Below are positions 19,093 to 30,389 of a stretch of DNA of 62,640 nucleotides, in pieces (position 1 is the stretch's first letter; every line of letters starts with the position of its first letter). Both the position numbers and the translations under genes were made by a program. The notes under the pieces were generated by a model. That model was not told the DNA's origin. It was given only the letters and a program-made list of their open reading frames with translations, and ran no database searches. The stretch is from IMG/VR virus record IMGVR_UViG_3300025652_000066, positions 1-62,640 of that record; one strand, 5' to 3'. The stretch comes from a virus (lineage: Duplodnaviria; Caudoviricetes).

Positions 19093-19094
19093 CC

Positions 19095-22000
19095 CTAGAG
19101 ATCCGGCATTATTTGCTGGACAGGCATTGCCTTATTAAAGTCCGGATCTAAGAACTGTTCTATTGTAGGGCCGAGTAGTGATTTACCTGGGATACTACCG
19201 TACTGGTAATCTTTATACATATCGTACGCGGTCATACCTGGAACGCCTGGAAGACCGGCTCTGAATATACCGTTTACCGTGTAGTCGTATACGCCCCAGT
19301 TAGCTTTTCGTGCGTCTTCTTCGCCGCCATTCATCACCATATCTTTTAAGAAGTCAGCGGCTACCATCACAGGTACGATCATCATGAGATTAGCCACCGA
19401 TGCTGTGTTACCGTTTTTAGCCTCGTGCCATGCACGTTTGAGAATACGATCATGGAATGAATACATGAATGATTTTAAATGGAACGCTAGCATCCAATGA
19501 GGATCTGAAGCCCACAGTGGACGTTGTGACGGATTAGGTCGTAGGATTGATTCATCCACGAATCTAACTATCGCGCTGCGTACTCTGTCGTCTCGTTGCA
19601 TCTCCTCGTACGATGCTTTCTTCCGCTCGCCCCGAGTAAGTAGTTGCAAGCTACCATCTTTGGCAAGCTTGATATCAGCTGGCGCTACATTCAACTCTTC
19701 AAAGTATCTAGCAGAATGCTTATTAGGGTTGTTTTTGTGACGCGCCAGGAACTTAAGGGCTGATGACGTCGCCATTACCCGCGTCATCCGAGTCCAGGCT
19801 TGTAGACCGGTTAGTTTGAAGAAACCCTCATTGATTTTACGAGCTGTACCTCCTAGATACACGCCCCCGTATTCCCAACCGAGTGCTTCGTTCACCACGT
19901 TGTAATCGATGATACCTAGTGATTCCGCTATCTCATGAATCATAGTAGGTTCTGCACTTATCATGCTTTTGATTCCTGACTTGAAGCCTTGCCATGCAAG
20001 GCCAAGGTCACCAGATCTTACAGCGATACCCATCGGATCTATCAATGAAGAGAAGGTAGCACCTACTAATAGGCGTACATTCTGGTACACCATCATAGTA
20101 CCCATACCTTTTTGAAGGTTGGTATTGATAGCTTTACCAGCAGCAGGAAGTGCTAGCCCTGTTTTATTAGATAACCACAAGGCGGTCTTACGACCATGCA
20201 CACCCATCGTGGCATTAACGTAATCTGTTGCTAGCTCAATATCAGCTTCCGTAGCACCTTCTTTCTTCGCTTTAGCAAGCATAGCCGGTAACCACTGCGC
20301 GTCGTTATTCTCATTACCGAAGCGTGTTGTGTACTCTGCTTTCTTAACTGCTAGTCCGATATAGCTATTAAGTACTAACCCGAGATCGTCTGACATAAGG
20401 CTCGCCACGAATGCTTTATCTTTCGTACTACCCTCAGTACGAATGAAGTCAATTAACCGGCGATTCATAAATCGATTAACTGGCGTCGCATCTACTGGAT
20501 TAGGATCATTCTCAATATTACCACCGAAAGCAGGCGTGTCAGCATAACCGTCATTCGCTACGATTCCCTCTACTATCTGGTCAGCAAATTTCTCAGGCGT
20601 AAGAGGCTTCACAGACTTAACGTCTGGGTATTTAGCAAAGATCCGCTCAGACCTAGCTTTGTTAACAATGTCTAGCTCTTTTTTTAGTGCTGCTGCAAAC
20701 TTAGGCTGTAGTATCACAGTCCTTAGCTCTGCGGCATTAGCACCATCCATCTTGTCGATGTCAAATACCCACGGGAAGTATTGCTCGCCTCGATCACCTA
20801 ACTCCACGCCTTTACCTACCATGTAGTCCCGAACCTCACGCATTATCTGGAATACACGTTTAGCGGTCCGCTGTATATCCGCTGGCGCGTTAGACAAGGT
20901 GTCTGGGTTATGTAGTACTTTAAGAACGGCTGCGCCGTGCGCTTGATCTTTATTATTAAAGATACGACGTACTTGAGCATCGAACCCACCACGTTTCATC
21001 GCTTTATCTTGATCCATCGTGTTAGCAACGTTACGTCTACCTGCTTTCACATGAAGCATGTCCGCTATTGCATTCAACGTTGGGATCTTAGTTGCTCTCA
21101 AACGTTCGTCGGAGATGAAGAAAGCACGCTTAGCCTTCCCAAGGATACCTTGAGCAGCACGTTCTTGTTTAGCGATCGCTGCGTCTACCCCTTCAAACTC
21201 TAAGGAACTCATAGCAGGTGTTTCTCTATTAAACTTCTCTCTAAGTATGCTGTCTACCACCTCGAAGCTTTTTAGATTATCGCGTTCTTTATTCTGCTTA
21301 AGTGCCGCGCCGTGCTTTCCATCCATCATAGCCTTATGAGCAGCATCTAGTATTGACTCAAAGCCCTTTTGTAGAGACTCGAAACTAGCTTGTAGTGTAG
21401 GGCCGACTTTGAGCTTACCCGCCTGCCACATTTGAAAAGCAAGCTCAGGCGTCACATCGCCTAGTTTAGAGACTTGGTTCTTGATAGCTGGACTATTCAT
21501 AGCTTGGTCAATAGCCGCGCGTGTTTTCTTGTTCACGTACTGCAGCGAGCTACCGATACCATGCCGAGATAGTTCTCCGAGCTTACGCTCGATGTTAGCT
21601 CGAGCCGCCGCATACAGTGCGAAAGCATTCTCTTTTGTCACTTCAAATACAGTGTCAGCGTCCATGTTTTTTAGCGCTGCTTCTAAGCCTTGAAGCTTTT
21701 CAGAGAATACTGAAGTGAAATCAGCAGTACTAGAAACAAGGCTTTCCGTCATGCCATAGATATTAAATCCAGGAACGCCGAGTCTTGCTGCTAGCTTTTT
21801 AAACATTTGAACAGCCGCATGGAAGAACTTCTCGACCTCTGTACGAGGTGTCGCTGTTTTATCCATCACCCATTTAGATACGTTATCCGCGAAGTATTCT
21901 TCAAAATCTAATAGGTATTTACGCGAGGCTTCTGGAAGGTCTGCAACATTCAAACCATCAAGCCCATTGACAGCGGCAAGTAACGACGCATGTGCTGTCT

Positions 22001-25000
22001 TTTTAGACCTAAGAAGTGCACCGGCAGTGCTACGTCCATGCTTAGCAGACCACGCTTTAAAGTCATTCATGATAGCTGTAGCATCTAGCTTGGAAGCGCT
22101 AAGGGCTAGGCTACGGAATACAACATGGCCAAACTCATGGGCAATGATCTCGTTACGGAGCTTACCTGTTAGACCTGGGTGGATAAACACACGGATCTTA
22201 CCATTGGTTACGCTGGTTACGAATCCGTGCAACGTGCCGTTCTGCATCTTGGCTAAGTAGTCAGTAAAGCCGTTTTGCTTAGCATAAGCCATCGCCTGCT
22301 CAACAGACATAGCTTCAACTACTGTATCGAGATTCAAGTTTTTAGCTAAGGTAGTGAGCGCTGTCTGTAGCTTATTTATTTTAGCTTTTGTATTAAGGTT
22401 CTTTAGCTGCTCAATAGTATTCGACGCTATTGCTTTGACCGCTTCGATAGAGGCAGACTGGGCTGGGGATTCTTTCGATGTGTAGCCGGCTCTAGCAGGC
22501 GCTTCCATCGCTGCTAATGCAGCTGCTGCGTGAGCGCGTTCACTTTCGATTATCTTAAAGAGCCCTGTGCCTTTAGCTTTCGCCGCGCGCGCAGTCTGTG
22601 TCTTAACTAACCGAACTAACCCACCGTCATCGCCCGCCTTTACTAGCGCAGCCACTTTTGCTTTAAACATGCTATTAACTTTATAACGGTCCAAAGCTTC
22701 CTCAGGCTGAACGTCGTCCTCTACTTTCCTAGCCTTCGCTAAATTAGCAGCTTTACTAGCAGCGGCAGTCTCGCCTTGTGCTTTTAGTCTCTCGTTATAA
22801 GCCTTGTCCTTCGCAGAGAGCGTTTTAGGCGCGTTGCCTTTAGCCACTGAGCGCTCAGTTTGCTCCGCTTTTAGCTGCTGTGCTGGCGTCTGAGGAGGGG
22901 TGGCTTTTCTTCTCGCGGCCACACTCTCTGGACTAAGATCAAGTTTACCCCTAGTTGACACTAAACGGGTTGCTTCGCGAGATGCATCTGCTGCTGCGTT
23001 AAGCTGCTCTAACTGCTCTTTGTTCTTAACTACATTAGTGGTGCCTTTATCAACCGCATTAAATAGAGGTTTGTTATACGCCTTGGTGAACTTATTCTGA
23101 AGGTTCTCAAGAGTCTGTACTTTAGTGGTTAAAGCTTTTATTTCTGTATAGCGCTGAGCGTTCTTATTAGCTGGTAAGGCTTCGTTTTTTTCTTCGAGCT
23201 TTCGAATTTTAGCTTTTAGAAACCGTAGTTCGCGTTTGTGCTTAGGAGACACCTGCTCTAAGCTGGCTTCTATTTTAGCCATCGCGTCTTTTCTTGATAT
23301 AGGGCCTGTGTTGCCATGCACTTTTTTAAACATGGCGACAGCGTCAGCAGCAAAACCAGCTGGCACTGCAAGCATTTTCTTCCTCAAATCGAGGAGCTGA
23401 AACAAACGTTTAGAAGCCTTATTCTGCTTAAAAGGATCAGGAACATCCTCGAGAATGTCAATACTAGCTCTTCGTAGGTCTATCAGATCAGTGGCGCTCT
23501 GTTTGTATTTAGTTAGCACTTCACTAGCAGACATTTTTCTTATATCGGATAGCTCTTTCTTGATATTGGCTATAGCTACGGCAGACGCAGAGTATATAGG
23601 ATCAGTCTCTTCGTGCTCGAACACGTTGGCCATATCTTCAGCCTGGGTTGGCGGAACACTGTAACCGTTAATTACTATCGGATTACGGCTTTTGATCTTA
23701 ACATCTTGGTTATTATGCTCTAACCCCTCGCCTTGGATACCGTCAGGTTTGTTTCTAAGGGGCGTGTCTATAGCTTTTCTTTGCGAAGCAACGCGTATCT
23801 CTTCCTTGGATTTCTTAGGTCTTGCTGCCCGCTCTTTTGCCGCTTTGGCCGTTGCCGCTATACGCTTTTCTTGGTCAACTAGAAGAGAGCCTGTATCCGC
23901 GTTGGCTATCGCTGCTTGTGACTTAGCAGACTTTACACCGGCAACAGCTGTCTCATTCTGCGTAATCAACCGATCCATAACTTTACTTGAAGGGCGCTTC
24001 CCTAATTCCATACCTAGGGCTTTGTCTAATGCTTCGCGCGCTTCAATAGCCTTCTCTTCTGCAAACTGTAGTTTCACCAACGCTTGAGTGTACCCGTCAG
24101 ACTCAAACAGCTCAGCGTAAGTTATATTCACGCCTTTGCCTCGATGATGGACAACAGTCGTCGGGCTAATGCTAGGTATCTTATAGCCTTGGTTTAAAAG
24201 CGTAGATAACCCTGTAAGTAGTGATACTTTCGTTTTATCGTATATATTTTTAGAGTCAAAACTAGACTCGTTCTGCATCATGCGGCGGACTAGCGCTGGC
24301 AAATAAAGGTTGAGCGTACTACCATCCTTATCCTGCACGTGAACCGATCTAGAGTTAGCCGTGTCGGTAGTAGCTGGCTTCAGGATAGCCTCTTTATCTA
24401 GGCTTGCATCTATCTCTCTGCTACGTTGCTCTAACGTTTTTGTACTGTAGTCCTTAAGCTTAAGCGCGCCTACTTCGTTTTTAAGCTGGTCTAATTGTTT
24501 TACGATGTCTCCCTGGTTTTCTCCGGCAGAACTGTATGCAGCATTCAGAAATCCAGCAAGGCTATCCTTAGCGGCGACTTCGTCGGCTGCGGCTTTTTTT
24601 TCATTTCCAAGATCGGTTATTGCAAACGACGTGCGTCTTTTAGCTCGTAGCTTCCTAGGATCAGGCGTAGCCCTAAGGTCTTCGCCTGTTAGGTCGTCTT
24701 GCTGTATCGGTGTCATAGCAGCAGGTATCTTGCCTGCTGACCGTAACATGTAAGTGCTCTGTAACCACGCGACTGGGTCGGCGGTTTCTACTCTACTCTG
24801 CTTGGCAAAGGAGGCGGCGATGCTTTGGATCTTACCTTGCAGCTGCTCACCTGAAAAACCCTGCGCTTGTAGCTCGAGTGTAGTAGCCTCAAGGCCATTT
24901 AACACGTTGTAGTCTATATCTGGATTTTGCTTACGTGCAGTACTTATAGCCGTCGTTAGAGATTTTTGGTCTTTTATAGGTAGACCCACGCTGCTTAGTA

Positions 25001-26342
25001 CGTTCTTAGCCTCATGAGTTGTAACCTCTGGGACAGCGAAATTTATGTTCATCGCGTCGGCTACTGCTGCTTCATCTACTACTTCGTCTTGCAGGTCAAT
25101 GTCTTTTACACGCTGCTCATCCTTAGCGTACGCTGATTTTAACTCTTCGCCGAATCCGCCGACGTACTCCTCTGACTCTGCTACCGAGTCATCTAGCTCT
25201 GCTTCATTAGGATCCTGCTTACTCGGTTTCGGCGAAGTGCGTACAGCTGTAGCCGCCTTAATTCTACGGAAGAGATCATCGTATACGTGAGGTTCAACCT
25301 CCCCCGTATACTTGCTACTTACTTCTACTATCGATTGATCGAGGTCGCCTCTAGTTATAAAACCTTGACTGTAATCCTCTATAGCTTGTGACAGTTCGAC
25401 ATTGATATCTGATTTAGCATCATCAGGGGTAAGTGAAGCTGCTGGAGATTCTCGGTTATACTCGTCAGGCGTTACTACAAATGGGTTTTCGGAAGGAGCT
25501 TCGGTAGAGCGGCGAGAAAAAGCACCGCCTGCGCCGCCCATAACACCACCACCTAGTGCACCTAATGCACCAGCTTCAACTAAGCGTCGAGTATTAGCAT
25601 CTCTATTCTCAGGAGCAAGTGCGTCGTAGTTAGGATCAGCAAAGTCTCTAGCACCTAATGCGATAGACTCTTGGATAACTTCTGTTCCACCTTCAACAGC
25701 ACTAGTCAATGCTGCTTTTTGTCCTATGTTAGATAGCCTTGTTCTACCACCTGTTTTACGTAGCAGGGATAAAGGACTTAATAAATCTATGCCACCTGCG
25801 GCAATACCAGCACCAAGCGCTGTACCAGGCGCTTCAATCCCACTTTCTTGTTCAATCTCTTTGAATATACCACCGGCCTGCATACCAGCATTAGGTATAG
25901 TTGCACCGACGCCAGCGCCTATTGCTAAGCCTCGTGATCTATTAGTTTGGGCAAAACCTCTACCGATTGCGCCACCCATGACGCCACCTGCTAACATCGT
26001 AGCCGCAGTAGGTACGAGCGAGCCTAAGCCGCCGAGGGCCCAATCCATTACGTCAGTTAGGTTATTGACATCGTAGATACTTTCTACGCGACCAGCTAGC
26101 TCAGGTGCGGCGGCTTCTTGATTGTTTCTGTCGTAGCCTTGATCACCGAATTGCTGGAGCTGTTCGTTACCTATCATGCTTCCAGCTAGGGAGGCGGCTC
26201 CATAGAGGTCAGCTTGCAATCCGTTACCGGCTCGCTGCACGCCTTTTTGGAACTCGTTAAGTGTTGGCCCTGCTGCATCCTCGCCGGCAGGCTGTAACCC
26301 ATTTGGGTTAGAGTAATGTACTTGACGTAGTCCTTGCGCCAT
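19095..26342 (-). CDS. giant internal virion (DNA ejection) protein with zincin-like motif
   Basis: 2415 aa; Gly/Ala-rich hydrophobic N-terminus; IAHEFGH...EEYFAD; helical C-terminal domain. Confidence 0.75.
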   Translation of the reverse strand: MAQGLRQVHYSNPNGLQPAGEDAAGPTLNEFQKGVQRAGNGLQADLYGAASLAGSMIGNEQLQQFGDQGYDRNNQEAAAPELAGRVESIYDVNNLTDVMDWALGGLGSLVPTAATMLAGGVMGGAIGRGFAQTNRSRGLAIGAGVGATIPNAGMQAGGIFKEIEQESGIEAPGTALGAGIAAGGIDLLSPLSLLRKTGGRTRLSNIGQKAALTSAVEGGTEVIQESIALGARDFADPNYDALAPENRDANTRRLVEAGALGALGGGVMGGAGGAFSRRSTEAPSENPFVVTPDEYNRESPAASLTPDDAKSDINVELSQAIEDYSQGFITRGDLDQSIVEVSSKYTGEVEPHVYDDLFRRIKAATAVRTSPKPSKQDPNEAELDDSVAESEEYVGGFGEELKSAYAKDEQRVKDIDLQDEVVDEAAVADAMNINFAVPEVTTHEAKNVLSSVGLPIKDQKSLTTAISTARKQNPDIDYNVLNGLEATTLELQAQGFSGEQLQGKIQSIAASFAKQSRVETADPVAWLQSTYMLRSAGKIPAAMTPIQQDDLTGEDLRATPDPRKLRAKRRTSFAITDLGNEKKAAADEVAAKDSLAGFLNAAYSSAGENQGDIVKQLDQLKNEVGALKLKDYSTKTLEQRSREIDASLDKEAILKPATTDTANSRSVHVQDKDGSTLNLYLPALVRRMMQNESSFDSKNIYDKTKVSLLTGLSTLLNQGYKIPSISPTTVVHHRGKGVNITYAELFESDGYTQALVKLQFAEEKAIEAREALDKALGMELGKRPSSKVMDRLITQNETAVAGVKSAKSQAAIANADTGSLLVDQEKRIAATAKAAKERAARPKKSKEEIRVASQRKAIDTPLRNKPDGIQGEGLEHNNQDVKIKSRNPIVINGYSVPPTQAEDMANVFEHEETDPIYSASAVAIANIKKELSDIRKMSASEVLTKYKQSATDLIDLRRASIDILEDVPDPFKQNKASKRLFQLLDLRKKMLAVPAGFAADAVAMFKKVHGNTGPISRKDAMAKIEASLEQVSPKHKRELRFLKAKIRKLEEKNEALPANKNAQRYTEIKALTTKVQTLENLQNKFTKAYNKPLFNAVDKGTTNVVKNKEQLEQLNAAADASREATRLVSTRGKLDLSPESVAARRKATPPQTPAQQLKAEQTERSVAKGNAPKTLSAKDKAYNERLKAQGETAAASKAANLAKARKVEDDVQPEEALDRYKVNSMFKAKVAALVKAGDDGGLVRLVKTQTARAAKAKGTGLFKIIESERAHAAAALAAMEAPARAGYTSKESPAQSASIEAVKAIASNTIEQLKNLNTKAKINKLQTALTTLAKNLNLDTVVEAMSVEQAMAYAKQNGFTDYLAKMQNGTLHGFVTSVTNGKIRVFIHPGLTGKLRNEIIAHEFGHVVFRSLALSASKLDATAIMNDFKAWSAKHGRSTAGALLRSKKTAHASLLAAVNGLDGLNVADLPEASRKYLLDFEEYFADNVSKWVMDKTATPRTEVEKFFHAAVQMFKKLAARLGVPGFNIYGMTESLVSSTADFTSVFSEKLQGLEAALKNMDADTVFEVTKENAFALYAAARANIERKLGELSRHGIGSSLQYVNKKTRAAIDQAMNSPAIKNQVSKLGDVTPELAFQMWQAGKLKVGPTLQASFESLQKGFESILDAAHKAMMDGKHGAALKQNKERDNLKSFEVVDSILREKFNRETPAMSSLEFEGVDAAIAKQERAAQGILGKAKRAFFISDERLRATKIPTLNAIADMLHVKAGRRNVANTMDQDKAMKRGGFDAQVRRIFNNKDQAHGAAVLKVLHNPDTLSNAPADIQRTAKRVFQIMREVRDYMVGKGVELGDRGEQYFPWVFDIDKMDGANAAELRTVILQPKFAAALKKELDIVNKARSERIFAKYPDVKSVKPLTPEKFADQIVEGIVANDGYADTPAFGGNIENDPNPVDATPVNRFMNRRLIDFIRTEGSTKDKAFVASLMSDDLGLVLNSYIGLAVKKAEYTTRFGNENNDAQWLPAMLAKAKKEGATEADIELATDYVNATMGVHGRKTALWLSNKTGLALPAAGKAINTNLQKGMGTMMVYQNVRLLVGATFSSLIDPMGIAVRSGDLGLAWQGFKSGIKSMISAEPTMIHEIAESLGIIDYNVVNEALGWEYGGVYLGGTARKINEGFFKLTGLQAWTRMTRVMATSSALKFLARHKNNPNKHSARYFEELNVAPADIKLAKDGSLQLLTRGERKKASYEEMQRDDRVRSAIVRFVDESILRPNPSQRPLWASDPHWMLAFHLKSFMYSFHDRILKRAWHEAKNGNTASVANLMMIVPVMVAADFLKDMVMNGGEEDARKANWGVYDYTVNGIFRAGLPGVPGMTAYDMYKDYQYGSIPGKSLLGPTIEQFLDPDFNKAMPVQQIMPDL

Positions 26343-26408
26343 TTGAGACCGTCCTTGGTTTCTGTGTGCTTTGGTGGCTACCCACTAAGGGGCAGCCTTT
26401 AGAGTTAG

Positions 26409-28451
26409 CTACTGTCTAAGTGAGTTAAAACCCAACTGCCTACCTACATCGTATTCCTCAGGTGTCGTTTGGTCTTCATAGATGCGAGCACCTTTTCCAT
26501 TAGTGAGGTTGTTCCCAAAAAACGCGTTTGGTCCCCACCATTGACGCCAGCTATCGTCTTCTCTAAGGCCTTTGTGAGAGTCCGGTCCTGCAGGTAAAGA
26601 GTCAGCACTCCCATTCCCGAATAGGCCACTGGTCCAATCTATAAGGTTACCTGAGTTTTGCATTACGCGGTTAAGTGAATGCCTACTATTACTAACATCC
26701 GCTGGCGTTTGTATTCCGGCTTCTAAATTCGCCGAAGTCGCAATCGCGTTTTGTTGTCGGCCTTCAGGCGTTCGCTGTCTTTCCGAGGTCTCATCAGAGC
26801 GTTTTATACTCTCCGCATCAGATTTCTGCTGTGCCTCGAACCCATACCGCGCCATCTCCATCTGCTGTTTCTGAGCAGCCGTTGCCGCGACTGATGCAGC
26901 GATAGACTTAGACGTGTTGTTGGTTTCGATACCTTGCAGTGCGTTTATTTGCTGCTGCGTAACGTTGTTCTTCTGTTTGTCACCTATGTTGCCTGAGCGC
27001 ATAGTCTTAGCAAGCTTCATTATCTGTGCTTGCTCTGGGCTCATTCCTGTACGACCTGTGGCTACGCTTCTGCGTCCGTCTTGCATAGCGAGCTTAGATT
27101 CATAGTTCTGGCGGTTCTGCTCAGTAACGGCATCGATGCCTGCGACGTTAGAATCGATCTGCTGTTGTAATTCAGGTGTACGACCATACGGGTTAGATGC
27201 GCCTGGGCCAGTCGGGACAGCGTAGCCGCCAGAACCTTCGCCGTTAGATACCATATTAAAGTTAGGATTAGATGCTTCAGCTGACGAAGGTAAAGGTGTG
27301 CCATCAGCCCCGTTCATGTTGCCAGCTAAAATAGCTTCTGCGTTCGAACCAGGTTGTTGCCCTTCCGCAGGAGCCTGGTCACCACCACCAAACGTTGGAA
27401 GGTTCGCGCCTGGAGCGCCACTCATATCTTGTTGGGCTTGCTGTAAACCAGAAATACCAGCGATGTACTGCTCTTTGGTTATCGCACCATCGCCGAACTG
27501 TTGTTTCAAGCCTGATAAAGAGTCACGGAGTCCGCCAAGTTGCTCGTTATAGTCACTTAACCCTGTAACAGCTGACACGCCATCAACTATGTCTTCGCCA
27601 TAGTTATCGTATATCTTATCGCCTAAGTACTCTCCGGCTTTGTACGCTCCGTATTGTAGTGCGGCCGCGCCGCCAAATCTAGCGGTACCTAACCCAGCCC
27701 GTCCTACTGCATTGACGTACTTGCCGCCAGGAACTCTAGCTACTTGTTTACCAGCACTATCTAATAGGCCCGCTATTTTTCCTGGGGGCTTAGTTGTTTT
27801 AGCCTGTTTTTTAGCCTCTTTCGCAGCTTGCTTTTTATCCTTCGCTATCTTCTTTTCTTCAGCGTCAAAAACAGCTTTAGCTTTCGGGTTGTCGGCAGTA
27901 TTGATCCCTTTTACTGTCTCAGTAGGGTTTATCGCTTTGTTTGGGTTACCCTCGGCATTAAAAGAAGCCCTGCGTGTGACTCGCTCATTTGCTGCTTTTT
28001 TATCCTGTGCTGTTTTTACTACGCCCCGTAGAGCGGCGGTAGTTCCCTGACCCGCATCTTTAAGGACGCCTAAGCCTTTCTCTACTACAGGTTTGGCGAG
28101 ATTGTACCCACCCTTAACTCTCTCGACTCCTTTCTCTACTACAGGTTTGGCGTTCTCCAGCGTCTGTTTCGCGGCTTTAATACCTTGATTGATATAAGGC
28201 GTAGCGGTCTTGATAGCTTTCTTAACCTGTAAATCAGCTTTAGCTGTTGCGTCTTTGACGTCGAGCACTGTACCTTTTGACAGGTTATCCATCTGCCCTT
28301 GCAACGTAATAGAGGCTTTGCCAAGACTCCTCATAGAAGCTTCCGCCGCCTTTCTGGCTTGGCCTTTCAAGTCTTTGCTGTCTAGTCTTTCACGCAGTTT
28401 ACCCATAGCCTCGACGAGCGACTGTCTACTTCTTTCTAGTGAAATATCCAT
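26409..28451 (-). CDS. internal virion/ejection protein
   Basis: Lys/Ala-rich then Gly/Gln-rich; adjacent to the giant virion protein. Confidence 0.6.
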   Translation of the reverse strand: MDISLERSRQSLVEAMGKLRERLDSKDLKGQARKAAEASMRSLGKASITLQGQMDNLSKGTVLDVKDATAKADLQVKKAIKTATPYINQGIKAAKQTLENAKPVVEKGVERVKGGYNLAKPVVEKGLGVLKDAGQGTTAALRGVVKTAQDKKAANERVTRRASFNAEGNPNKAINPTETVKGINTADNPKAKAVFDAEEKKIAKDKKQAAKEAKKQAKTTKPPGKIAGLLDSAGKQVARVPGGKYVNAVGRAGLGTARFGGAAALQYGAYKAGEYLGDKIYDNYGEDIVDGVSAVTGLSDYNEQLGGLRDSLSGLKQQFGDGAITKEQYIAGISGLQQAQQDMSGAPGANLPTFGGGDQAPAEGQQPGSNAEAILAGNMNGADGTPLPSSAEASNPNFNMVSNGEGSGGYAVPTGPGASNPYGRTPELQQQIDSNVAGIDAVTEQNRQNYESKLAMQDGRRSVATGRTGMSPEQAQIMKLAKTMRSGNIGDKQKNNVTQQQINALQGIETNNTSKSIAASVAATAAQKQQMEMARYGFEAQQKSDAESIKRSDETSERQRTPEGRQQNAIATSANLEAGIQTPADVSNSRHSLNRVMQNSGNLIDWTSGLFGNGSADSLPAGPDSHKGLREDDSWRQWWGPNAFFGNNLTNGKGARIYEDQTTPEEYDVGRQLGFNSLRQ

Positions 28452-28454
28452 TTT

Positions 28455-30359
28455 TTATCCTGTGCTCTCAAGAGCTGCTGTAGTTATAGTGTTAGTCGCG
28501 CTAGCTGCTGAGCTAGCTAAGCCTGCCATAGCATTCGCTACGCCAACTGCTGTTGAGCCACCGGAAGCGATGCCTCGTTGCGCTATCTCTCTAATACCTA
28601 TTTCTGATTGTAGTGTTGCGCTAAGACTTGCTTTAGCGGCATCTAGATCCAGAGCGCTATGTTTGTATTTAGCATTGAAGGTGTCTAACGTTATTGCTTG
28701 GTACGCTTTGTAGGCTTCTATCCGAGCGCGATAAGCTTCGCTATCAGCACCGAATGTTGTTTTCGCAGCGTCTAGTTCTGCGCCGTAGGCGGATAGTTCA
28801 GCGCGATACTCATCTATGATGTTTTTGTTATGGTCAGAGATGGCTCGTGAATGTGCTATCTCTACGTCTGCTATAGACTTAGCAGCGTTTACTTCTTGAG
28901 CGTAAGCTTGGACTTGTGTTGAGTAGGCTCTGACTTTAGCTTCGTCCCCTCCGATAGCGGCGGTATAGACGTCAAACTCGGCTTTCTTAGCTCCGACTTG
29001 GGCAACGTAGGCTCTGACTTGCTCTCCATAGATTTCAACCTTTAGTTTCTCTAAGTTAGCTGCTGTAGACACACCTTGTAACTCGGCTACGTAGTTATCT
29101 ATCTTGGTAGATTCCGCTTTGATTAAAGCGCTGTAGACATCAACGTCGATCTTCTCAATGTTCTTACTAAGTTCTGCTGCACGTATTTCCGCCTCAAAGA
29201 TAGTGATGTCAGCTAGTGCTGCTTTTAACTGCGACTCATAGATCTGTGTTTGGATCCCCGCCAACTGCAACTCTGCTTTATAGCGTTCTAATCTAGCGTT
29301 GTACTCAGTGACTAGGGATTCAGCTAGCTGCTTACTGTATTGCAGGGATTGGCCATTGATCTGAACTAACTGCTGTGCGTATTGCACAGCTGTACCAAGT
29401 AAACCCATATGTAATGTAGAGCTTAGGTTCATAATAAACTGTGCGTGCTCTTGCTCTAGCTTGGCTCTAGCGATAGCTGTTTCAGCAGCTGTACTCGCTA
29501 AGTTTTTAGCAGTAGCTTGTTGGATCTGATTAAGCCCAGCTGATATAGCGGATGGAGGAAGTTGGTATCCTCGCTTAGACATGCCTTCAAGGAGATCTTC
29601 ACTAGCACGTTGTGCTTCTGCTTCTGTACGATCGCGGGCTCTGTCGTATATTTGTTGTTCTATAACGTCGGACATTGCTGTACCGCCGTTCATACCTGCG
29701 GCTATCTTAGCTTCAAGCTGTGACATCGCAGTTGAGTATTCAGGAGCGTATTTGCTCATCCACCCATTAACTACGTCGTCAAGAAATGCGCGCATTTGCG
29801 GAACTGCGTTGTCATATGTAGAGCGAGTTAGTGCTAGTACATCGCCTATTTCACCAGGATCAGTAGCATCAGTATCAACAGGTACGAAGTCAGGGATAGT
29901 TATATCCGGAGCATTTGGGATATTAACTTCTGATATGACAGGTGTAGCCGGTATGTTTAAGTCAGGAGCGGCAGGAATATCTAGCTCAGTATCTACCGTA
30001 GGCGCAGTTTCGCTAAAGGGCGATACATCAAAAACAGGGGTAGCTTGACTAAATAAACTCGACGTGTCTAGTGTGGCTGGCGCACTAGAAAACGTAGGTA
30101 TAGTGGGGATGTAGAGCGATTCTAGGTCAGTCAGCGACGCGTTATTAGTTGGCGCATTATAGACAGCCGAGAACACAGGTGGTGGCGCAACAGCCCCAGG
30201 TATTGGCGTACTATTTGTGAATGAAAGGTTCGCCTCGATAGCATAAGGTATATAACCACCTTGTGCTCGACTTGCAGCACTAAGTGCTTGTGCTACCGCT
30301 GAGGCTGCATACGTCTGCTGGTTGGCTATTATGCTGTTGATCTGATCAGTAATCGCCAT
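28455..30359 (-). CDS. virion protein with long Tyr/Ala/Glu coiled-coil repeats
   Basis: Pro-rich N-terminus, RGYQLPP motif, Y.A.V.A helical repeats. Confidence 0.65.
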   Translation of the reverse strand: MAITDQINSIIANQQTYAASAVAQALSAASRAQGGYIPYAIEANLSFTNSTPIPGAVAPPPVFSAVYNAPTNNASLTDLESLYIPTIPTFSSAPATLDTSSLFSQATPVFDVSPFSETAPTVDTELDIPAAPDLNIPATPVISEVNIPNAPDITIPDFVPVDTDATDPGEIGDVLALTRSTYDNAVPQMRAFLDDVVNGWMSKYAPEYSTAMSQLEAKIAAGMNGGTAMSDVIEQQIYDRARDRTEAEAQRASEDLLEGMSKRGYQLPPSAISAGLNQIQQATAKNLASTAAETAIARAKLEQEHAQFIMNLSSTLHMGLLGTAVQYAQQLVQINGQSLQYSKQLAESLVTEYNARLERYKAELQLAGIQTQIYESQLKAALADITIFEAEIRAAELSKNIEKIDVDVYSALIKAESTKIDNYVAELQGVSTAANLEKLKVEIYGEQVRAYVAQVGAKKAEFDVYTAAIGGDEAKVRAYSTQVQAYAQEVNAAKSIADVEIAHSRAISDHNKNIIDEYRAELSAYGAELDAAKTTFGADSEAYRARIEAYKAYQAITLDTFNAKYKHSALDLDAAKASLSATLQSEIGIREIAQRGIASGGSTAVGVANAMAGLASSAASATNTITTAALESTG

Positions 30360-30389
30360 CCTTGGCTCCTAGTGTTTCATATTCTCTAA

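Noticed and set aside
19095-26342. N4-type virion RNA polymerase
   Set aside because: Despite the N4-like capsid and portal, I could not see single-subunit RNAP motifs; size and N-terminus fit an ejection protein.
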